From contig NC_086108.1 of NCBI RefSeq assembly GCF_963921235.1, forward strand, positions 103,108,001 to 103,172,000: DNA of 64,000 bases, in the 5' to 3' direction. The notes beneath the pieces were generated by a model. That model ran no database searches. It worked only from the letters and a program-made list of their open reading frames with translations, and was not told where the DNA came from. The position numbers were made by a program, and so were the translations under genes. Source of the DNA: Mobula hypostoma. Taxonomy: Eukaryota. Shown piece after piece: positions 23,236 to 36,059 of this stretch (the first letter of the stretch is position 1; every line of letters begins with the position of its first letter).

Positions 23236-25972
23236 GCATCACTGAGTCGTGGCTGAAAGGAGGCCATAGTTCGGAGCTCAACTCAAAGCATATACTTTTG
23301 TATCAAAAGGACAGGCAGGAAGGCATAGGTAGTGGTGTGGCTCTGTTGGTAAGAGATGGAACTACATCTTTAGAAAGAGGTGACATAGGGTCAGAGAATA
23401 TTGAATCATTGTGGGTGGAGTTAAGAAACTGCAAGGGTAAAAAAAAACATAATGGGAATCATACATAGGCCTCCAAATAGTATCCAAGATGTGGGGTTAA
23501 GATTACAAAAGGAGCTGGAAAGGGCATGTGATAAGGGTAATGACACAATTGTAATGGGGGACTTCTATATGCAAGGGGATTGGGAATATCGGGCTCGCGT
23601 CAGATCACAACAGAGTGCAAGAGAATGTTGAATGCCTACAGATGGCTTTTTAGAGCAACTTGTGCTTCAGCCTACTCAAGGAAAGGCTACCTTAGATTGG
23701 GAATTGTGCAATAAGCCAGATCTTATTAGGGAGCTTAATGTAAAGGAACCCTAAGGAGGCAGTGATCATAATATGATTGAATTCATACTGCAATTTGAGA
23801 GGGAGAAGCACAAGTCACAAATATCAGTATCGCAATGGAATAAAGGAAATTACAGAGGCATGGGAGAGGAGCTTGGCCAGCTGGATTGGAGGAGGATACT
23901 GGCAGGGATGACACCAGAGCAGAGATAGCTGAAGTTTCTGGGAATAGTTCACATGATGCAGGATAGATATGGTCCATAGAGGAAGAAGTTCTCAAATGGA
24001 AGGGGTAGGCAACCATAGCTGACAAAGTGAAGTTAAGGACGGCATAAAAGCTAAGGAAATTACAAATAAGGTAGCAAAAGTGAGTGGGAAGTTGAATGAC
24101 TGGGAAGCTTTTAAAATCCAACAAAAGGCAACTAAAAAGCTATAGGAAGGAAAAAGATGAAATATGAGGGCAGACTAGCCAATAATATAAAACAGGATAA
24201 CAAAATTTATATAATGAGTAAAAGGGAGGTGAGAGCTGATACTGGACTACTGGAAAATGATGTTAGTGAGGCAGATGAACTTAATGGGTACTTTGCACCA
24301 GTCTTCACTGTGGAAGACACCAGCAGTGTGCCATAGGTCTGTGAGTGTCAGGGAGCAGCAGTGCTATTGCAAAGAAAAAAGTGCAAGGCAAATTCAAAGG
24401 TCTTCAAGTGGATAAGTCACCTGGACCAGATGGACAACATTCCAAAGTCCTGAGAGAGGTTGCTGAAGAGATAACAGATGCATTGGTCATGATCTTTTAA
24501 GAATCACTTGATTCTGGCATGGTTCCAGAGGACTGGAAGATTGCAAATGTCACTCCACTCTTTAAGAAGGAAGGAATGTAAAGGAAAGTAAATTATAGGC
24601 CAGTTAGCCTAACCTCAGTGGTTGAAAAATTGTTGGAGTCTATTATTAAGGATGAGGTTTTGGCGTACTTGGAGACTAATGACAAAATAAGTCAAAGTCA
24701 GCATGGTTTCTGTAAAGGGAAATCTTGCCTGATAAATCTGTTACAGAGTTCTTCAAGGAAGCAACAAGCAGGGTAGACAAAGGAGAGGAAGTGGATGTCA
24801 TTTACTTGGATTTTCAGAAGGCATTTAATAAGGTACACACGAGGCTGCTTAACAGACAAAATCTGATGGAGTTACAGAAAAGATACTGGAGTGGATAGAG
24901 GAATGGCTGATAGGCAGGATGCAGCCAGTGAGAATAATAGGGGTCATTTCCGGTTGGCTGCCAGTGACAAGTGGTGTTCCTCAGGGGTCAATATTGGGAC
25001 CGTTACTTTTCACATTGTTTGTCAATGATTTGGATAATGGAATTGATGGCTTTGTGGCAGAGATTGTGGATGATACGAACATAGGTAGAGAGGTAGGTAG
25101 TGCTGAGGAAGCAATGCAATTGCCGCAGGACTTAAACAAATTGGAAGAATGGACAAAAAAAGTGGCAGATGGAATACAGCGTTGGGAAATGTACGATCAC
25201 GTATTTTGATAAAAGGAACAGTAGTGCAGACTATTATCTTAATGCGAAGAAGGTTCAAACATCAGAGGGACTTAGGAGTCCTCATGCAAGACTCCCAGTA
25301 GGTTAATTTACAGGTTGAGTCTGTGGTAAAGATGGCAAATGCAATGTTGGCATTTATTTTAAGGGGAATAGAATATAAAAGCAAGGAGCTAATGTTGAGG
25401 CTTTATAAGCCATACTTCATACTAAGTACTGTCAACAGCTTTGGGCCCCATATCTCTGAAAAGATGGGTGTCATTGGAGAGAGTCCAGAGGACGTTCACG
25501 AGGATGATTCCGGGAATAAAGGGATTAACATATGAGGAGCATTTGGCAGCTTTGGGCCTGTACTCACTGGAATTTAGAATAACGTGGGCAGGGGAGGGGG
25601 GAATCTAATTGAAACCTACCGAATATTAAAAGAATTAGATAGGGTGGATGTGGAGAGGATGGTAGGGGTATCCAGAACTAGAGAGCACAGCCTCAAAATT
25701 GAGGAATGACCTTTTAGAAGAGGTAAGGAGGAATTCTTTTAGCCAGAGAGTAGTGAATCTGTGGAGTGCTCTGCCACAGACTGTGTTAAAGGCCAAGTCC
25801 ATGGGTACATTTAAGGTGGAAGTTGATCATTTCCTGATTGGTCAGGACATCAAAGGATATGGCAAGAAGGCAGGTGTATGGGGTTGAGTGGGATCTGGGA
25901 TCAGCCATGATGGATTGGCGGAGCAGACTCGATGGGCTGAACAGCCTAATTCTGCTCCTGTGTCTTATGGTC
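23236..25972 (+). mobile_element. CR1/HER1 LINE ORF2 (APE endonuclease + RT), heavily disrupted
   Basis: ITESWLK...GSGVALLVR...ESLWVEL, SDHNMI, GVPQGSILGP; 3' UTR ending GTCTTATGGTC. Same subfamily as 51815-55389. Confidence 0.93.
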
Positions 25973-26099
25973 TTTGTCTTCTTGTTAACATTGGCTGTTT
26001 GTCAGTCTCTGTGTGAAGTTTTTCTTTGATTCTACTGCACTTCCTAGTTTTACTGTGAACGTCTGAAAGAAAACAAATCTCAAGGTAGTATACGGTGCC

Positions 26100-26619
26100 A
26101 TCCACTGACTGAGTATGCTTGTGGCTTCTGCTCCTGTAGCCTATCCATTTCAAAGTCTGACATGTTGTGCGTTCAGAGATGCTCTTCTGTACACCACTGT
26201 TGTTACATGGGGTTATTTGAATTACTGTTGCCTTCCTGTCAGCTTGAACCAGTCTGGCCATTCTCCTCTGATCTCTCTTATTAACAAGGCATTTTTACCC
26301 ACAGAACAGACACTTGCTGGATGTGTTTTTTTTGTTTTACACACCACTCTCTGTAAACTCTAGAGACTGTTGTGCGTGAAATCCCAGGAAATGAGCAGTT
26401 TCTGAGATGCTCAACCAGCCCCGTCTTGTAACAACAATCATTTCACGGTCAAGGTCACTCAGATCACATTTCTTCCCCATTCTGTTGTTTAGTCTGAACA
26501 ATAACTGAACCTCTTGACAATGTCTGTATGCTTCTGTGGATTGAGTTGCTGCCAAGTGATTGGATGATTAGACATTTGCATTTATGAGCAAGTGTACCTA
26601 ATAAAATGGCCACTGACTG
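26100..26619 (-). mobile_element. Non-autonomous Tc1-like element, left TIR eroded
   Basis: Minus ORF MGKKCDLSDLDREMIV...SISETA; right TIR CTAATAAAATGGCCACTGACTG followed by TA. Confidence 0.82.
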
Positions 26620-27606
26620 TAAACGTAATTAGATAACAAATTTACTTTGAACTCTGAGTATTTTTTTAATATATATTGCACTGTACTACTGCCACAAAAT
26701 AGCAGATTTCACGACGTATGTCAGTGATAGTAAACATGATTCTGAACCATCACTGACTGATAGCCAGGAGATCTGTGAGAGTTCTCCACACCTCCTTGGC
26801 ATAGCACAATGAAATCATTTACGTCCTCCAGAGATGGCAAGCGGTTTCCTGACTTAAAAAATGCTGATTTCACAGCATTGACCAGAATTACACTCGAATG
26901 TCAGCCCTCAATTCTGCACCCAGTTTACAGGGAGGTGTTATAACTGAGCCACAGCAAACAAAGAATAATGGAACAACCCTGGAAATACCTTTTTTTTAAA
27001 TGTACCTCACATAATTAGAGAGCCATCTAATGAAATGGCAACATGGATTTTCATTTGACTGCGATAGCTTTAAACCACTCAATGAAGTCTCACTAAAATG
27101 CCTTTGCAACCACCAAGCATGAAATTGCTTACTACAACATAAGATTCAAGATGTCTTCTTGCATGTCCCTTCATCTTCAGCTGCATCTACAAATCACTGA
27201 AATTAAATTTCAGGTACAGCAATCTGCTAGCTTTGCGAAGTCTCAACAGGAATGTATTTTTGCGCTCACTGAAGCAGGAGATGTTTGTCCTGGGAAATTG
27301 GAACAATTCCCATTTCGGGCACCCCTTGTTCACAGCAAACACTGTCACGGCAGGGAGCGCACCATTTGATGCAGAGCAAAGTTTGCTTTAATCATCCCTG
27401 GTTAATGCAGCACAGTGCAACCTCAGGTTCAGCAGGTTGTCTCCTCATTTCCCTTCTGCAGCCACTTGCATGCACAGTTGTCAATTTAGCACAGCTATAG
27501 GGACAGCTTTGGGCTGGATTGAAATGCCTAACACATTTCACAGAGCATGCTTGCAACAGACAAACACAGAAGCTTTCAAGCCCACAGGACAGGGAAAGAC
27601 TAGGAA

Positions 27607-27955
27607 AAATTTGCATTTATATAGCACCTTTCACGGTAAATTAAACACATTTAAGGTTAGCCACTTCCATAAAGTATGAAAATAAGAAAACTAATTTCCT
27701 TAAAAAAGGCTAAGTAACCAGATAATCTATTTGCATGATATGGGACAATAAATGATGGCAGGACGTGAGGTGAATGCTCTATACTTTAAATATTCCCATT
27801 GTATCCTCATGGATAGAGAGAAAATGGAGCAGCTGTTTAATATTTTAACAAGAAAAGCCACTACGAGAAGATACACGCGGAAGTGTCACTTGAGCTTGTG
27901 TGCTCTAGAGTGGGGCGCAAACCTGCAACCTCCAAGGCTCAAAGATGCTATCAAC
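27607..27955 (-). mobile_element. Ancient Deu-domain SINE relic (SacSINE/AmnSINE-like)
   Basis: TTGCATTTATATAGCACCTTTCAC tail, ACCAGATAATCT...GGCAGGAC core and tRNA-like head remnant; recognised from recalled consensus only. Confidence 0.5.
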
Positions 27956-27984
27956 AAAACTATCCGGCAACCTCAACGAACAGC

Positions 27985-28577
27985 CTCTGGGAGGAACTCA
28001 GTGGGTTGAGCAGCAACTTTGGAGGAAAAGGCATTGTCGATGTTAGGGTCCAGATCCTGCAAGGAGAAGTGAAATAGCCAGTACATAGACCGGTGAGACA
28101 AGAGGCAAGAGATGATTGGTGGGTGGATGGGAATCAAGGGAGTGATGAGGGATGTTGATCCAGTGGAGGAGGGGGAGGGGTTGAGTTAGGAGATGGATGT
28201 TTGTAGACAGAGGCAACAAGAAAACAGGCAGAAGTCCCTGTGGGGCAGGGAGGAGGTGGTGAAGGTGGAGACAGCTAAGAAGCTGACAAGCAGGAACAAC
28301 AAAGACTACCAGTGCTGAAATATGGTAAGTATAGAGGATGATCATGGGAGAGGTCAAGTGTAGATGGAACCAGAACTGGACAGGTGGGGTGGAAAGGTAA
28401 TGTGTGAAAAATAAAGGTGATAGGTGAATGGAAATAGGGGGAGGGGTGGAACGGGTGGAACGGGTGATTGGATGCAAGAACAAGGCGAGGAAAATGGGAG
28501 GACCAGAGGAGGATTGGAAAAGGTTGGGGGACACACACAAGAGAAGAGGGTTACCTGAAACTTAAAAATTCATATTA
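27985..28577 (-). mobile_element. Old PLE 3' region (purine-rich on plus strand)
   Basis: GGAGGAACTCAG...GCAGCA...GTCGATGTT start and TTACCTGAAACTTAAAAATTCA end parallel the layout of the PLE arm at 530-950. Confidence 0.55.
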
Positions 28578-28840
28578 GGGGTGCCACGGTAGTGTAGCGG
28601 TTAGTGAAACGCTATTATAACACCAGCAATCCGAGTTTAATTCCTGCTGCTGTCTGTAAGGAGTTTGTACGTTCTCCCCGTGACCACGTGGGTTTCCTCT
28701 GAGTGCTCTGGTTTCCTCCCACATTCTGAAGACATAGGGGTTAGTGGGTTAATTGGTTATATGGGTGAATTGGGTAGTCTGGGCTCCTTGGCCAGAAAGG
28801 GTCTGCTACTGTGCTGTATCTCTAAACAAAAAAAAAAATT
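28578..28840 (+). mobile_element. HE1-like SINE
   Basis: GGTAGTGTAGCGGTTAG head; GCTGTCTGTAAGGAGTTTGTACGTTCTCCCCGTG body; GTGCTGTATCTCTAAA plus A tail. Confidence 0.8.
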
Positions 28841-29796
28841 TAAAAATCAATTGGCAGAACATAAGCTGCTGTTCCTATAGTTTGCACTGGGCTTTACCCT
28901 GCCAGTGGGTTTTAAGTAAAATCTCTGCCTTTAAATTATAGTCTGTAAGTAGATATCAGAATTTAAATACCTGCAAAAGCATTATCTGCAGTAGTCTTAA
29001 GTAATCGTTCCTTCAGTCACAAAGCATTAGTTTCAGTTCTGAGAAGCCAAACTGAGCAATGATCCCACTGCACATTACACACGTTCCATTCCAATGACTT
29101 GCAATAGCAGGATGGCATTTGCAGCTGTTTCGCACCCATCATTCCTCACCTTTCTCAAAACCTACACAATTCTTTTCAGGGCTTTCAAATTATAAATTGA
29201 TCCAATCAACCTGACTTTTAACAACTCCGAAACAAATACTGTGGATTCCAGTTTATTGGGACACATATATTTTGGCCCAAGTAAGCAGCTGCCCCAATTA
29301 GCCAAAGTATCACGGAAATAGTTAAAAAGGTAAAAAAGATAAACTGAGTAACAAGTTATGTATTTAAATGAACTACAGAACAAATTAGAACACTACAAAT
29401 AGCACTACAGTACTATAAAACTGTGTATTAGTTCCTAATACTTTTCGACAGAAGAAATCAACCTGTGTACGCAAGAAACAAAATCAGTGCAGACACCTAC
29501 TGCAGATAACGGACTGCTTTCATACAAAGCTATCGACGATCGTATCCTCCAAATCTTCATTTTCATTTGAACATTAAAGTTGATTGTAGATACCTTCAAA
29601 TTCATAGTTCCTAACTTGTTGACATAGTGAGAAGTTTCATTTTCACTCCCAGCTGTTTCTGGCATCTCCAACCTAGAATGCTTCAAACCACAGTGAGTAA
29701 AATAGGCCTGAATTGTCTCACTGCTTATTTCTCGCCAGCTAACAGTGACAAAAATCACATGCAACTGACACTATTGAAAAAATTTGTTCACTGTAA

Positions 29797-30274
29797 AGCC
29801 TGGTTTACACTTCTGCGTCAACGCGTCGCCGCAAACCCTATGCAAAGCTGACACGGAACCCTATGCAAGAGCTTGCATTGCTGCGATGCGCACCTCTCCC
29901 AAAATGTAACCGCGCGTCGCGGCAACACAGAACGCCGCTTAGTAGCATCGCATGTCATCCTACACTGCAATAGCTTCCCATTGGGCAATTGAATCGCAGG
30001 GAAAGAACTCCAGCTGCAATGCTTTCCATAAAGCTTTACAGACCTCTGAAATTATGAGGACACATTTCGCACAAGAAAAGACGCTCGCGCCTTGTTTACC
30101 CAGAGACTACCATGACCGTGAAGCCTTGCGCGGGCAGGTGAGTGCGCATGCATGACGTGCGTGAATTGCCGAGTGACGCAGACACACCAACGCACAAGTA
30201 TAAATGCTCACAACGCGCATAGGCTGCTTGCGAAGGTTACGGCGTCCAGTTAACGCAGAAGTATAAACCAGACT
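29797..30274. mobile_element. PIF/Harbinger-type MITE (478 bp)
   Basis: 26-bp TIRs AGCCTGGTTTACACTTCTGCGTCAAC / GTTAACGCAGAAGTATAAACCAGACT; TAA TSD at 29794-29796 and 30275-30277. Confidence 0.82.
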
Positions 30275-30334
30275 TAAGTACAGTGCAGTATCTAACAGCC
30301 GCACAAGTGCATGTGACTGACACCAGCTAGTAGA

Positions 30335-30495
30335 AATTTCTTACTAGCTCTTCTTTCGGTTAGCCCTGACAAAGGGTCTCGGCCCGAAACATCGACTGCA
30401 CCTCTTCCTAGAGATGCTGCCTGGCCTGCTGCATTCACCAGCAACTTTGATGTGTGTGGCTTGAATTTTCAGCATCTGCAGATTTCCTCGTGTTT
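30335..30495 (+). mobile_element. PLE 3' terminal fragment with mutated hammerhead (30362-30397)
   Basis: AGCC-CTGACAA-AGGGTCTCGGCCC-GAAACATC-GACT followed by the PLE terminus. Confidence 0.85.
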
Positions 30496-31403
30496 GATCT
30501 TTAAGAGTCAGCTTATGTTCTTTAAGAGTTGTCCCAAATAAGTGTCTGCTCTGATTAGCAAATGGCCCAATTAACCAGAATCCTCTGTATCTGTTATATT
30601 TTTATAGCTTGGTCTGAAGAGCAGTTTAGTAGGGGGAGATCCAGCAAATTGGCCTAGTTAACTTCAGAGAAACAGAATGATGAACACAGAACAGTACAGC
30701 ACAAGTACAGGCCCTTCAGCCCATGATGTTGTGCTAAACTCATTAAACTTGAAAAAAATTCTTAACTAAACTAGTCCCTTCCTCTTACACAGGGATCCTA
30801 TCCGTCTCTTCTCAGTATATTCATGCGTTGGTATTGGTTTATTATTGTCACAGTACAAAGATACAGTGAAAATCTTCTCTTGCATACTGTTCATGCCGAT
30901 CAAATCATTACGCAGTACATTGAGCTAGAGTAAGGTAGAATAATAGCAATGCAGAATAAAGTGTAAAAGGTACTGAAAAGTGTAGGGCAGGTTAATAATA
31001 AAGTGCCAAGTCCTAACGAGGTAGATTGTGAGGCCAAGAGTCCATTTTGTTGTCCAAGAGGTCTGTTCCAGAGTCTGCTAACAGTGAGATAGAAGCTGTC
31101 CTTGAGCCTGCCTATCTTAAGTGCCTCTATTACATTTGCCTCCACCACTCTCTGCATAAAAAAATTTGCCCTGCACATCTCCTTTGAACTTGCCCCCTTT
31201 CACTTTACATGCATGCTAGGCATTTTGACCGAGAAAAAGATGCTCGCTGTCTATTCTCTACCCACGCCTCTGTCAGACGTCAGAGGTAAGTTTTTTTATA
31301 CAAAGAGTGGTGGGTGGTGGGAACACCCTGCCAGGGGTGGTGATTGAGACAGGTATGTTAGGAACATTTAAGAGACTATTAGATTGGTACATGGATGACA
31401 GAA

Positions 31404-31960
31404 CTCCTACAAAATCCTACCTTGGCACCTCACCATGGCGTAGGAGTGACACTGGCTGATCATCTGCAAAGTACGACGGAGATCCGTTCTCTGGCAGGTC
31501 TAACTTAGCCGTGAAGGTGATGTTCCATCGGTATATTACTAGACTAGATCTAGTAGTAGGATCGTGGCTAGCTAAGTCAAGGAGGTAAGCTTGCCTTTGC
31601 TACTTTGTAGGTTACGCCTCTTCAGGCAAAGGCTGCAGCCAACGAGGACGCTGGCAGCAGGGCGTCAGATGGTGTCTGTGGCAGATGAATCCAAAAGGGT
31701 CAATGGTACAGCCACCTTGGTGGCATGTGGAGGAACCAGAGTGCTGGTAATAGATGGCATCACTAGACTAGTTAGTTGTCACTGTGGGGCAGCTTCCTTA
31801 TCTGCTAAGTCTGTTACGCTCCTGTGTACCACTTAGCATCAGATTTGGAAGCCCAGAGAGACTGTATGGAGGGGGCACGACAACATCTGTCTTATTACTA
31901 TGCAAGGCGTGCAGTCAACATCGAAATCAATGGACAGCCGAAGAAGAAGAGGAGAAGAAA
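31404..31960 (+). mobile_element. Non-coding retroposed element with (GAA)n tail, probably RTE-dependent
   Basis: TSD GATGACAGAA (31394-31403) / GATGATAGAA (31961-31970) inside a CR1 3' fragment; GAAGAAGAAGAGGAGAAG tail. Confidence 0.65.
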
Positions 31961-32091
31961 GATGATAGAAAAATGGAGGGCTACGCAGAAGGAAAAGGTT
32001 GATCTTAGAGTGTTAAAGTCAGCACAACATCAATGGTTGGAGGGCCTGTACTGTGGGCCTGCACTGTATTATAGTGTTCTATGTTCTAATA

Positions 32092-32602
32092 TTGTTGTCC
32101 TGTGGGGTGTATGAGGTGTCCACAGAGGGGTTGCACCTCTGGTAAAGGGGTTTGCTGTGTCCAATCTGAGGCAGCTCACTCACCGTTGATCTCCATAGAC
32201 ATTCAACTCTCACCTGCGCCTCCAAGCAGCTGTTTGCACATGACGACGACCATGCCCCAGTACACCACTTTGACAGCCAGGCTAAATCCAGTGAGGGTAG
32301 CCAGCAGCCTCATATCCCCGTGACACAGGGACATGCCTGTCCTAGCATGTGAAGTCAGCTCTGGAGGACAGGGTGAATGAGATCTACATTGAGATTCAAC
32401 AGCCAGGAGTGCGGTTTTGCGAAGGGCCTGACGAGGCACAGAAGCAGTCACGGTCATCAACTGCAACCATGGAAGACTCCAGTTGCGACGGCTGCTCATA
32501 TCACTGGACTCGGGCTTCTGAGATCAAGAGAGAGGAACTGCCCCAGTGCAATGGCTTTTCCACTTTAAAATCTCTCCTGCACAGGTTTTCCGTCATCATT
32601 AG
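32092..32602 (+). mobile_element. RTE-related non-autonomous element (5' UTR-like)
   Basis: GAGGGGTTGC...GGCTAAATCCAGTGAGGG...ATCCCCG motifs recalled from RTE 5' regions; CATCAT end. Confidence 0.4.
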
Positions 32603-33411
32603 ACATGATTATACAGCTCCATACCCCTCTCATCCAAGTATCTAGCCAAACTTCCCTTAAATGTTACAAGTGAACCCATATCCACCTGCTGAACCAAGTG
32701 CTTTGGCAATAGAAGCCACAGCTACCAAGGAGAAAAGGAAGCTACAGATGTACACAAAGAAGTAACAGTATTTCTGGAAGGTTGTATGAGATAACAGATA
32801 GAGGGAAGGCCGATATAAATTCAAGGTTAAGAATATCAACTTCTACGGTGTTGACCTACTATTTGCCATTATTGCCTAGTTCCCTCTCCCCAGTGGAAGA
32901 CCACATTTGTATTACCAGCACTAACAGCTTGACGCAAGGCATGTGAAGATTTAAATCCTTTGGATAAGTATACTTTATTTTAAAATGCAATCCTACTACA
33001 GCCACAAACATTAATTAACATACTGCTCTCAGTCCAGTAATCCCAAACTTTATGCTTCCAAAAAAAAAGAAAATCGCTAGACAAGCTGCTCAAGTAAGGG
33101 AAATAAAAACACCCCCTCACTTTCTTTGCTCCTTTAGTCTCCAAATCCTTTATGTCAAATGAGGGACAATCCTTCCTCTCTTATGGCTTGTTACTTTAAG
33201 CAGACTTTATAACTTACCAGAGATGTACCGAGTCTGAATTATACATGCTCTCTCCTTTAAGAGATCCCACGGCACTACTCCAAGTAGAAAGCAAATTCCT
33301 TCCATAAACTTGACTACACTTATTCCTCAATATCTTTTACAAGAACACATTACAAGGATATTTATCTCAATGATGTTTTGAGGACAAATTGGTTTCTCTA
33401 TCTGCCTGTAT

Positions 33412-33918
33412 AACGAGTCTGTGGTGGCCAGTGCTATCATGTTTGCTGTTGTGTGCTGGGGCAGCAGGCTGAGGGTAGCAGACACCAACAGAATCAACAA
33501 ACTCATTCGTAAGGCCAGTGATGTTGCGGGGACTGGACTCTCTGACAGTGGTGTCTGAAAAGAGGATGCTGTCTAAGTTGCATGCCTTCTTGGTCAATGT
33601 CTCCCATCCACTACATAGTGTACTGGGTGGGCACAGGAGTACATTCAGCCAGAGACTCATTCCTCCGAGATGCAGCACAGAGTGTCATAGGAAGTCATTC
33701 CTGCCTGTGGCCATCAAACTTTACAACTCCTCCCTTGGAGGGTCAGACACCCTGAGCCAATAGGCTGGTCCTGGACTTATTTCATAATTTACTGGCATAA
33801 TTTACATATTACTATTTAACTATTTATGGTTCTATTACTATTTATTATTTATGGTGCAACTGCAATGAAAACCAATTTCCCCCGGGATCAATAAAGTATG
33901 ACTATGACTATGACTATA
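33412..33918 (+). mobile_element. Rex1/Babar LINE 3' end, close copy of 21101-21590
   Basis: Direct sequence match; (ATGACT)3 tail. Confidence 0.9.
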
Positions 33919-33989
33919 TCACTGTAACGACATGTACAGAAGGAAATCAATGGATACCATACAGTTTTGGACATCTTGTATAATAGGGT

Positions 33990-34275
33990 AGGGTCAAACG
34001 GTAGCATGGTGGTTAGCACAATGCTTTACAGTACCAGTGACCTAGGTTCAATTCCCACTGCTGCCTGTAAGGAGTTCGTACATTCTTCCCATGACCATGT
34101 GGGCTTCCTTCAGGTGCTCTGGTTTCCTCCCACAGTCCAAAGACATATCTGTTGGTAGGTTAATTGGTCATTGTAAATTGTCCTGTGATTAGGCTAGGAG
34201 TAAATTGGGGGATTGCTAAGTGGTGAGGCTTGAAAGGCTGATTCCGTGCTGTATCTTAGTAAATAAACAAACAAA
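33990..34275 (+). mobile_element. HE1-like SINE
   Basis: Same head, body and tail as 22672-22945. Confidence 0.75.
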
Positions 34276-34676
34276 TGTGCACTTTTACTGTTAAGTTACT
34301 TTTTAAGTTAACAGGGTTCATCTTTTTGGGCAGGACAGCTTTATCAGGTATACAGAGCTTGAAACATACACGACATCAACATAAAACCTTGGTAGGCTAG
34401 GGGATTAAAAGATGTAAGAACCCTTATAAATGCGAGAGATATTTCATCTTCCTTCAAGGACCCCCGCCCTCTAGGCCATGTTCTCTTCTCACTGCTGCCA
34501 TCAGCAAGGAGGTGCAGAAGCCGTAGGTTCCACACCAGCAGTTATTACCCTTCAACCATCAAGCTCCTGAACCAACAGGGATAACTTCACTCACCTCAAC
34601 TCTGAGCTGATTCCACAAACTATGAACTCACTTTCAAGGACTCTACAACTCATGTTCTCAGTATTATTTATTTACT

Positions 34677-34713
34677 TATTTATTATTATTACTATTATTA
34701 TTATTATTATTAT
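34677..34713. repeat. (TAT)n microsatellite within a LINE tail (~34445-34870)
   Basis: TATTATTATTACTATTATTATTATTATTATTAT. Confidence 0.85.
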
Positions 34714-36059
34714 ACATTTGCAGTTTGTCTTCTTTGCATATTGACTGTAAGTCTTTGCTTGTGTGTAGTTTTTCATTGATTCTATTGCATTTCTTTGTTC
34801 TACTGTCGACGCCTGCAAGGAAATGAATCCCATGGTGGCATACATACTTTGATAATAAGTTTACCTTGAACTTTTAGAAGATAAGGAATATATAGCAAGA
34901 TCATGGACATTTATTTTTGAAAGTATAATCGGCCCTCAACTGCTTACATAACACAGTTCTTAATTGCCAGAACAACACACTAACAAACTTCTACAGATGT
35001 ACTGTTGAGAGCAATCTGACTGGTTACATCATCGTTGGTAGTGCAATTCAAATGTGCAGGAATATAAGAGAGTAGTGGCCTCAACCCAATGCAGTTACCC
35101 ATCCTACCCTTGGTAGTATCTGTAGGAAGTGTTGCCTCAAGAAAGCTATCATCAACAATCCCACCAACTGGGCAATTCCATTTTCTAGCAGCTACCATCA
35201 GGCAGGAGGTACAGAAGCCACACTACCAGGTTCAAGAACATCTACATCCTTTTAATTGTTTGGTTCTTGAGCCAACCTAAATCAATCCTAACCCCCACCT
35301 TTCCAAGTGGCCAGCTCCTTGTACACTTTCCACCCGTGTGGGTTGAGCATCGAGCTAGTAAGTCACCCTTGCAAAAAAAAAAGCAGATAAAATGCTACAG
35401 AAACGGCCAGGTTGCCAACCAATGTGCCACAAGAAAGCAACAATAACCTACCTCAGTTTACCAACATTATAATCACTTTGAACTAGAACATATTATTTGT
35501 TTGGCTTAATTATGTTCTTTCTTGTAAAGATTGTGTATAATTTGTTTAATTTATGTTTTTCTTGTGAATGCTGCTTATCTGATGCTATGTGCCTGTTATG
35601 CTGCTGTAAGTAAGTTTTTCATTGCATCTATGCATACTAGTACATAAAACTTGACTTCTGCAAGGAGCTATTTAGCCCCTCGAACATGCTTCACCATGCC
35701 GTAGAAACACAGCTGATCTTCAATATAAAATAATGAATCACTTACAGTCAGCTAACCATTTTCTTCTGTAAATAACCCAAACCAAATAATAACCAGCGCT
35801 GCTGAGGTAAACTGAGGACATTACATCTAATTAAGCCAAGGACACATCACCAAACAAGGCATAGGGTCACAGAACAGTAATGGCAAGGCAGGAAATCATG
35901 CAGACCTTTGAGTCAATGTCAACTCTCTGTAAGAGCATTCTGGCTACTTCTGCACTCGTATCCTGCATTCTCTTCCCTCTCAGCTATTGATCCGATTCTC
36001 TCCTGACAGGCTTCAGCATCCTGTCAGCTTTGTCACCAACCACTCACTATATACAACTA

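Larger units (their letters stand above)
29239..30587 (-). mobile_element. Second Tigger/pogo-type non-autonomous element with two nested insertions
   Basis: TIRs CTGTGGATTCCAGTTTATTGGG / CCCAATTAACCAGAATCCTCTG, TA flanks; minus remnant SWREISSETIQAYFTHCG. Confidence 0.8.

Noticed and set aside
27181..27213. Possible 33-nt plus-strand exon (LHLQITEIKFQ)
   Set aside because: Short, isolated, with no supporting neighbouring exons.
28578..28650. tRNA gene
   Set aside because: Degenerate A/B boxes continue into SINE body; no cloverleaf.
32687..32742. Possible minus-strand exon (VASIAKALGSA)
   Set aside because: Weak donor (GTGGAT), ambiguous acceptor and ambiguous frame.
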